Assembly (NCBI GenBank): GCA_043766725.1
Contig: JAYUHT010000254.1
Location: 1-32,993, forward strand
DNA length: 32,993 nucleotides
Source: Burkholderiales bacterium
Lineage (GTDB): Bacteria; Pseudomonadota; Gammaproteobacteria; Burkholderiales; Burkholderiaceae_C
Reading direction: 5' to 3'
Both the position numbers and the translations under genes were made by a program. Positions within the stretch are counted from its first letter, which is position 1; every line of letters begins with the position of its first letter. Below are positions 27,180-32,993 of the stretch, one piece after another. Under the pieces are notes generated by a model. It had not been told where the DNA came from. It ran no database searches and was given only the letters and a program-made list of their open reading frames with translations.

Positions 27180-28349
27180 ATGCTAGACCGCCAGGCTCAT
27201 GCGCTGCTGCACCAGATGGCGCGCGGCTTTTCCGTGATCGCCCTCACCGGCCCGCGCCAATCAGGCAAGACCACGCTGGCCCGCCTGGCCTTTGCAGACA
27301 AGCCGTATCTGTCGCTCGAAGACCTGGAAGTGCGCCAGCGCGTGCTGGCAGATCCGCGGCAGTTCTTGGCACAACTGCCCAACGGCGCGGTGCTCGACGA
27401 AGCGCAGCGCTGCCCCGAGCTGTTTTCCTATCTGCAAGGGGTGGTGGACGAGCGCGCGCGCATGGGCGAATTCGTGCTCACAGGTTCACAGCAATTCGGC
27501 CTCACCGCAGCCATCACCCAGTCTCTGGCCGGGCGGGTGGGGCTGGTACACCTGCTGCCGCTGTCGTGGCCTGAACAACAGCACGCCGGCGTGGCCGCCA
27601 AGACGCTTGAACAAGCCGTGTGGGCGGGCGGCTACCCGGCGCTGTTTGATGCGCGCCGCCGCATCGAGCAGCCCGAGCAATGGTTCAGCGCCTACACGGC
27701 CAGCTACATCGAGCGCGATGTGCGCCAGGTGCTTGGCGTGGCCAACTTGTCGCTGTTCCGCCGCTTTGTGCTGATGTGCGCGGCGCGCACTGGGCAGCTG
27801 CTGAACTTGTCTGCGCTGGCCAGCGATTGCGGCATCAGCCACACCACCGCGCGCAGCTGGCTCACCGTGCTGGAAGCCAGCTACGTGGTGTACCTGCTGC
27901 CGCCGTTTCACCAGAACTTCGGCAAGCGCCTGGTGAAGATGCCCAAGCTGTACTTTCTGGACACCGGCCTGCTGTGCCACCTGCTGCGCATCGACAGCCC
28001 TTTGACGCTGGCCACCCACGCCCTGCGCGGCGCCATTTTCGAGTCGTGGGTGGTGGCTGAAACGCTCAAGCACCGGTTCAACCAGGGCATGAATGCCGAT
28101 CTCTATTTTTGGCGCGACAACCACGGCACCGAGGTCGACTTGATCTTCGAACACGCCGGCTTGCTGCACGCGGTGGAAGTGAAGTCTGGCGCCACGTTTG
28201 CGCCCGATTGGCTGCAAGCCTGCCAGCGCTGGCAGCGCTACGCCGGCGCTGCCGCGGCGGCGCCGGTGCTGGTGTACGGCGGGCGTGACAGCTACGGGGT
28301 GAGCGGCGTGCGGGTGATGGCTTGGCACCAGCTGGGCTGCGCGCCGTGA
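27180..28349 (+). CDS. AAA_14 ATPase with DUF4143 domain (COG1373)
   Basis: Walker A GPRQSGKTT, Walker B VLDEAQ, LTGS, SLAGR, GGYP, YIERDV, KMPKLYFLDTGL, C-terminal EVDL...VEVKS nuclease-like motif. Confidence 0.93.
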   Translation: MLDRQAHALLHQMARGFSVIALTGPRQSGKTTLARLAFADKPYLSLEDLEVRQRVLADPRQFLAQLPNGAVLDEAQRCPELFSYLQGVVDERARMGEFVLTGSQQFGLTAAITQSLAGRVGLVHLLPLSWPEQQHAGVAAKTLEQAVWAGGYPALFDARRRIEQPEQWFSAYTASYIERDVRQVLGVANLSLFRRFVLMCAARTGQLLNLSALASDCGISHTTARSWLTVLEASYVVYLLPPFHQNFGKRLVKMPKLYFLDTGLLCHLLRIDSPLTLATHALRGAIFESWVVAETLKHRFNQGMNADLYFWRDNHGTEVDLIFEHAGLLHAVEVKSGATFAPDWLQACQRWQRYAGAAAAAPVLVYGGRDSYGVSGVRVMAWHQLGCAP

Positions 28350-28477
28350 AGCGATACAAGCTGGAAAGGGCTGGCGTAAAACGGGCTGGCGCAAGAGCAT
28401 GGCCAAGCGCATCATGGCCTGCAATGCGGCCTGTGGCGTGATTCAGCGAAGCCCGGTAGCCGCCGCTGGGAGGTTCC

Positions 28478-29464
28478 ATGATTCGTCGTCGCATGCTTGG
28501 CGCGGCAATTGGCGCAGTGCCGCTAACCTGGCATTACACAGGGCACACCCAATCGACCGTGGCCTTTCGCCGCGTGGGCCTGATCACGGGTGGCTCGCAA
28601 GCCGGCGCCAGCGCGTATGTGGCGGCATTCAAGCAAGGCATGGCTGACCTGGGCTGGATTGAGGGCCGCAACGTGCAGTACCACTTCGCCTATGCCAATG
28701 GCGACATGGGCCGCTTTGATGCCCTGGCGCAAGAGCTGCTGGCGCAAGGCGTTGAGCTGGTTGTGAGCGGCCCGAACGAAGGTACCCGCGCGGTGCACGC
28801 CGCGGCCCCTGCGCTGCCCATCGTGATGGCCTACAACGCCAACGTGCTCAAGCATGGCTTTGTGGCCAGCCTGGCCCGCCCCGGTGGCGTGATCACCGGG
28901 TTGAACATGCAGGCAGAAGACTTGTTCGGCAAGCTGCCGCAGATGCTGCATGAGATGTTGCCGCAGGTGCGGCGCGTGGCCGTGCTGAGCGGTGGCACGT
29001 CTGACTTCACCAACGACTCCTGGGTCGGTACGCAGCGTGCCTGCATGGCGCTGGGGCTGGTGGCGCAGCGCTTCACAGCCACCAATGCGGCACAGTTGGA
29101 CGACGTCATCAAGCAAATCCAGCAGCAGCGCCTGGATGCCGTGGTGGTACCCGCCAACACCTTGCTCATCGCCGAGCGCGTGCGCCTGCACAGCCTGCTG
29201 CAAGCCGCCGCTTTGCCGGCGGCCTATGCCCTGCGTGAGCATGCCTTGGCCGGTGGCTTGTTCAGCTACGGCGCCAACGTCAATGCCCACTTTCGCACCG
29301 CCGCCAGGTACGTTGACAAGATCCTCAAGGGCGCCAAGCCGGCCGACCTGCCGGTTGAACAGCCCATGACCTTCGAGCTGGTCATCAACCTGGCCACCGC
29401 CAAGGCCTTGGGCATTAACGTTCCAAAAGCGCTGCTGCTGCGCGCCGATGAGGTGATTCAATGA
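28478..29464 (+). CDS. ABC-type substrate-binding protein, COG2984-like (paralogue 3)
   Basis: RBS GGAGG, MIRRRML signal, VASLARPGGVITG, GGLFSYG, GAKPADLPVEQP, LLRADEVIQ. Confidence 0.92.
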   Translation: MIRRRMLGAAIGAVPLTWHYTGHTQSTVAFRRVGLITGGSQAGASAYVAAFKQGMADLGWIEGRNVQYHFAYANGDMGRFDALAQELLAQGVELVVSGPNEGTRAVHAAAPALPIVMAYNANVLKHGFVASLARPGGVITGLNMQAEDLFGKLPQMLHEMLPQVRRVAVLSGGTSDFTNDSWVGTQRACMALGLVAQRFTATNAAQLDDVIKQIQQQRLDAVVVPANTLLIAERVRLHSLLQAAALPAAYALREHALAGGLFSYGANVNAHFRTAARYVDKILKGAKPADLPVEQPMTFELVINLATAKALGINVPKALLLRADEVIQ

Positions 29465-30432
29465 GTCTGCACCGCCGTGCCCTGGCCGCGCTGCCCCTGG
29501 CCGTGTTGCTGCCCACGCCATGGGCCCAGGCCTTGCCGCGCATTGCGTGGGTGTGGCCCGGCAGCGCCAGCGGCGACGCCGTGCGCCTGGCTGCCTTCAA
29601 GGAAGGCATGCGCGACGCCGGCATGCTGGAAGGGCAGCACTACCTGCTTGACATGCGCTACGCCGATGGCCAGTACGAGCGCTTCACGCCGCTGATTGCC
29701 GAGTTGCTGGCGGCCCGGCCGGCTGTTCTGATGGTCAACACCATTGCCTCGGTGCGCGCGGCGCAGCAGGCCACCACCAGCGTGCCCATCATCTTCGTGG
29801 CCACCAACGACCCCGTGGGCAGCGGCCTGGTCGCCAGCTTGGCGCGGCCCGGCGGCAACACCACGGGGCTGTCATCACAGAACGAGGACACGGCGATCAA
29901 GAACCTGCAGCTCTTGCGCGAGATGCTGCCGCGCGCGTCGCGGCTGGCCGCGCTGGTCAACCCGGGCAACCCTTCGGCGGCAAAAATTTTTGAGCCCGTG
30001 CGCGCGGCGGCGCAGCGCCTGGGCATCGACGCCTTTGCGGTGGAACTGGCCTCGCCCCAGGGCCTGGACGCCGCCTTCGGCCTCGTCATGGCGCGCCGCC
30101 CCGACGCCTTGCTGGCCATCCCGGACGCCCTGTTCAACAGCGAGCGCGAACACATCGCCGCCCTGGCCCTCAAGCACCGCTTGCCCTACTTCACCACCAA
30201 CCGTGAAAGCACGGCGGCCGGTGGCCTGCTTTCGTACGGCCAGCCGCAAATGGTGATGTTTCGCCGCTCGGCCCTGTATGTGAAGAGCATCCTGGCCGGT
30301 GCCCGGCCGGCCGAGTTGCCGGTTGAGCAACCCACGCGGTTCGAGTTGGTCGTCAACCTGAAGACGGCACGGGCGCTGGGTATTAACGTTCCAAATGCGC
30401 TGCTGCTGCGCGCCGATGAGGTGATTGAATGA
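29461..30432 (+). CDS. ABC-type substrate-binding protein, COG2984-like (paralogue 4)
   Basis: MSLHRR signal, DPVGSGLVASLARPGGNTTG, GGLLSYG, LPVEQPTRFELVVN, LLRADEVIE; ATGA overlap. Confidence 0.92.
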   Translation: MSLHRRALAALPLAVLLPTPWAQALPRIAWVWPGSASGDAVRLAAFKEGMRDAGMLEGQHYLLDMRYADGQYERFTPLIAELLAARPAVLMVNTIASVRAAQQATTSVPIIFVATNDPVGSGLVASLARPGGNTTGLSSQNEDTAIKNLQLLREMLPRASRLAALVNPGNPSAAKIFEPVRAAAQRLGIDAFAVELASPQGLDAAFGLVMARRPDALLAIPDALFNSEREHIAALALKHRLPYFTTNRESTAAGGLLSYGQPQMVMFRRSALYVKSILAGARPAELPVEQPTRFELVVNLKTARALGINVPNALLLRADEVIE

Positions 30433-31427
30433 ACCCACCGCGACGCTGGCTGTTGCAATGGCTGGCCGGCGCAGCCGCCCTGCACGGGCGGGCCGCGCTG
30501 GCCCAGGCCAAGGTGGTGCGCGTGGGCTTTCTGGTGTTCCAGGCGCCACCGAACCCGGCCGACCCCAACTCGCGCTCCGTCGAGCAGGGCTTGCTCGACG
30601 CCGGCTACGTCGAAGGCCGCAACCTGGTGATCGAGCGCCGCTATGCCCAGGGCAACGCCCAACTTCTTCCGGCGTTGGCCGCAGAGCTGGTGCAGGCGCA
30701 GGTCGATGTCATCATGATCTTCGGCCCGGCGCCGCTGGAGGCCGCGCGCAGGGCGACCCGAACCATTCCCTTGGTGATGCTGGCCAGCAGCAGCGACCCG
30801 GTGGCCGATGGCCTGGCGGTGAGCCTGGCACGGCCGGGCGGCAACATCACCGGGTTGACGTACGCGGTGTCGTCGGGGCGCTTTGGCAAGCAGCTCGAAT
30901 TGCTCCAGCTTGCGGCGCCTCGGCTCGGGCGGGTGGCCGTGCTGTGGGATCTCGACCTGGAGATTTATCGCCGTTCCTGGGCCGCGCCGATGGCCGATGC
31001 CGCGCGCACCCTGGGCCTGGAGGTGCTGGCACCCACCATCGTGCAGGCGGCGCGCGACCTGCCCGAAGCCTTTGCACAAATGAAGCGGCAACGGGCCGAC
31101 GCGATCCTTGTCGCCACAGGCGGCCCGCTGAATGCGGCACGCGCGCAAGTCGGCGCGCTGGCGATTCAGCACCAGCTACCCACCATCGCGGCGTTCAAGG
31201 CATTTGTACAGGCCGGTCTGCTGATGAGTTACGGCCCCGACCTGCCGGACATCAATCGCCGCGGCGCCAGTTATGTCGATCGCATCGTCAAGGGCGCGAG
31301 GCCCGGCGAGCTGCCGATCGAATTGCCGATCAAGTACGAGCTGGTGATCAACCGCACGACCGCCAGAGCCCTGGGCATCACGATCCCGCAAGAGCTGCTG
31401 CTGCGCGCGGATGAGGTGATTCAATGA
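30429..31427 (+). CDS. ABC-type substrate-binding protein, COG2984-like (paralogue 5)
   Basis: MNPPRRWLL signal, SLARPGGNITG, GLLMSYGP, LLRADEVIQ; ATGA overlap. Confidence 0.92.
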   Translation: MNPPRRWLLQWLAGAAALHGRAALAQAKVVRVGFLVFQAPPNPADPNSRSVEQGLLDAGYVEGRNLVIERRYAQGNAQLLPALAAELVQAQVDVIMIFGPAPLEAARRATRTIPLVMLASSSDPVADGLAVSLARPGGNITGLTYAVSSGRFGKQLELLQLAAPRLGRVAVLWDLDLEIYRRSWAAPMADAARTLGLEVLAPTIVQAARDLPEAFAQMKRQRADAILVATGGPLNAARAQVGALAIQHQLPTIAAFKAFVQAGLLMSYGPDLPDINRRGASYVDRIVKGARPGELPIELPIKYELVINRTTARALGITIPQELLLRADEVIQ

Positions 31428-31497
31428 ACACACGACGGCGGCTCAAATGGCCATGGCGCTGCGCGCAGACAAGGGCGATCAAATGAACGGTGATCAA

Positions 31498-32094
31498 ATG
31501 AACAGACGCCGATTTCTCGCGGCTGCCGCGCTGGGCGCGGCGGTGCCCATTTCAGCCCGCGCGGCCCGCCCGGGCGCGCGCACCGGCCCAGGCCTGCTCA
31601 CCGTGGCCGGCGCGATTGCGCGCAGCAACCGAGGCCCGCTGGACCCGGCGCTGGATCAACTGATGGTCAAGCACGGCGCCAAGTTCGAGCGCGCGTTTGA
31701 GTTCGACGCCGCCATGTTGGCCCGCCTGCCGGCCATGACCATCGCGCCCACGCTGGAGTACGACGCCAAAACACATCGCTTGAGCGGCCCGCTGCTCAGC
31801 ACGGTGCTCGAAGCCGCGGGCGTGGCCGCTGTTGGGGCCATGAGCGCGCCGGTGATGCTGGGTTTGCGCGCACTCGACGGCTACACCGCGGCAGTGAGCC
31901 TGGCCGACGCGAAGGCCTACCGCATGATCGTGGCCACCACGCTCGACGGTGCGCCGCTGAGCATCGGTGGCCTGGGCCCACTGTGGGCGGTTTATGACGC
32001 GGATCGCCTGAGCGCGTTCAAAGACAAGCCGCTGAAGGAACGCTTTGGCCTGTGCCCGTGGGGGCTTTACTTCATCGACGTGAAAGCGGCGTGA
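31498..32094 (+). CDS. Tat-exported molybdopterin-dependent oxidoreductase-like domain protein
   Basis: MNRRRFLAAAALG Tat signal; LLTVAG, SGPLLSTVL, LRALDGY, DGAPLSIGGLGPLW resemble the Oxidored_molyb fold. Confidence 0.72.
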   Translation: MNRRRFLAAAALGAAVPISARAARPGARTGPGLLTVAGAIARSNRGPLDPALDQLMVKHGAKFERAFEFDAAMLARLPAMTIAPTLEYDAKTHRLSGPLLSTVLEAAGVAAVGAMSAPVMLGLRALDGYTAAVSLADAKAYRMIVATTLDGAPLSIGGLGPLWAVYDADRLSAFKDKPLKERFGLCPWGLYFIDVKAA

Positions 32095-32120
32095 GCGCAT
32101 CGGCGCCGCTCAAACCTTGG

Positions 32121-32993
32121 CTATGGCTTTGCCTCGCGCGCGGCCTCGGGGGCGGCAGGCGCCGGCCCGATCAAGCCCAGGCCGAGCGCCGTGCCCAACA
32201 ACACCACGGCGCCGCCCAACACCATTTGCAGCGTGATGGCCTCGCCCAAGTAGAACGAGCCCGACACCATGGCCACCACCGGATTGAGAAGCGTCACTGA
32301 TATGGCGCGCACCGGGCCGATGCTGCGCAGCAGGCGAAAATAGATGATGAAGCCCAGGCCAGAACTGCCCACGCCCAAAAATACCAGTTCGGCCCAGGCG
32401 CGCGGGCTGGGCGGCAACGCCGGCCAATAGGCCAGGGCGAAGGGCGCGAGCACCAGGCTGGCGGTGGCCAGGCTGCCCACGGTGAGGACCAGCGGGTCGA
32501 CCGCAGCGAAATGTTTGCGTGTGTACTGGGCGCCCAGGCTCCACGTCATGGAGGTGAGCAAGACCGCGGCCACGGCCAGCAAGCCCGCGTTCGACTTGAA
32601 CGACACCGTGCCCCACATCAGCATGGCCACGCCGGTAAACCCTGTCACCAGGCCCGCCGCACGCCACACCCCCATGCGTTGCTTGAGCCAGTAGTGCGCC
32701 AGCAGTGCGCCGAACAAGGGCGCCGTGGCGTTGAGCACCGCCATCAGACCGGCCGTGATGTGCTGCGACGCGAAGCCCAGCAGCATGAACGGCGCGGCGG
32801 TGAAGGGAATGCCCAATATCAACATCTTCCCAGGGTGGGCGCGCAGCTCGGGCCAGCCGCCGCGCCACAACATCAAGGGCAGCAGCAGCGCGGCTGCCAG
32901 GCCCATGCGCAGGGCCACCAGCGGCGCCGGGCCGAACGCCGGCACGGCCGCGCGCATGAACAGGTAGGCCGCGCCCCACAGCACGGCGAGCAA
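32121..32993 (-). CDS. DMT/EamA family transporter, 5'-truncated by window edge
   Basis: LWGAAYLF, multiple TM helices, ITAGLMAVLNATAPLF, IGPVRAISVTLLNPVVA, LGEAIT. Confidence 0.92.
   Translation of the reverse strand: MLAVLWGAAYLFMRAAVPAFGPAPLVALRMGLAAALLLPLMLWRGGWPELRAHPGKMLILGIPFTAAPFMLLGFASQHITAGLMAVLNATAPLFGALLAHYWLKQRMGVWRAAGLVTGFTGVAMLMWGTVSFKSNAGLLAVAAVLLTSMTWSLGAQYTRKHFAAVDPLVLTVGSLATASLVLAPFALAYWPALPPSPRAWAELVFLGVGSSGLGFIIYFRLLRSIGPVRAISVTLLNPVVAMVSGSFYLGEAITLQMVLGGAVVLLGTALGLGLIGPAPAAPEAAREAKP

Noticed and set aside
18215-31427. Classical integron or diversity-generating retroelement explaining the SBP arrays
   Set aside because: No IntI or reverse transcriptase in the window, genes overlap leaving no room for attC sites, and mismatches in the 90-bp repeat are not adenine-specific.
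56-32979. Numerous long alternative-frame and antisense ORFs (e.g. 3106-4362, 8441-9994, 15623-16633, 22902-24092, 28523-29521)
   Set aside because: Expected shadows of GC-rich coding sequence; each overlaps a gene with clear family motifs and has none of its own.

Overview
GC-rich bacterial chromosomal window, probably Betaproteobacteria/Burkholderiales (inferred from gene content and protein style). It opens with the 3' part of prfC, followed by a small defence islet (MNT-HEPN toxin-antitoxin, a single-chain restriction-modification enzyme, VapBC). Next come mixed metabolic and signalling genes: a frameshifted MPH-like metallo-hydrolase, a methyltransferase, an OCD-family reductase, an orphan IorB-like molybdoenzyme subunit, MaoC, GGDEF-EAL, SRAP, AcuI, DUF427 and pirin. 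Two things stand out. (1) Five divergent paralogues of a COG2984-type substrate-binding protein lie in two translationally coupled arrays with no permease or ATPase. Three share a near-identical 50-bp 3' DNA tail, and there are relic fragments, one of which appears to have truncated a RelE/HigB toxin. This looks like a cassette-like expanding array. (2) A YahF/YahG-type fdrA - carbamate kinase - DUF2877 - DUF1116 operon is divergent from a PucG-like ureidoglycine aminotransferase, suggesting an AllD-independent oxalurate-to-ATP purine catabolic route. No rRNA, tRNA, CRISPR, integrase or transposase was recognised. All family assignments are from motif recognition by eye, not database searches.
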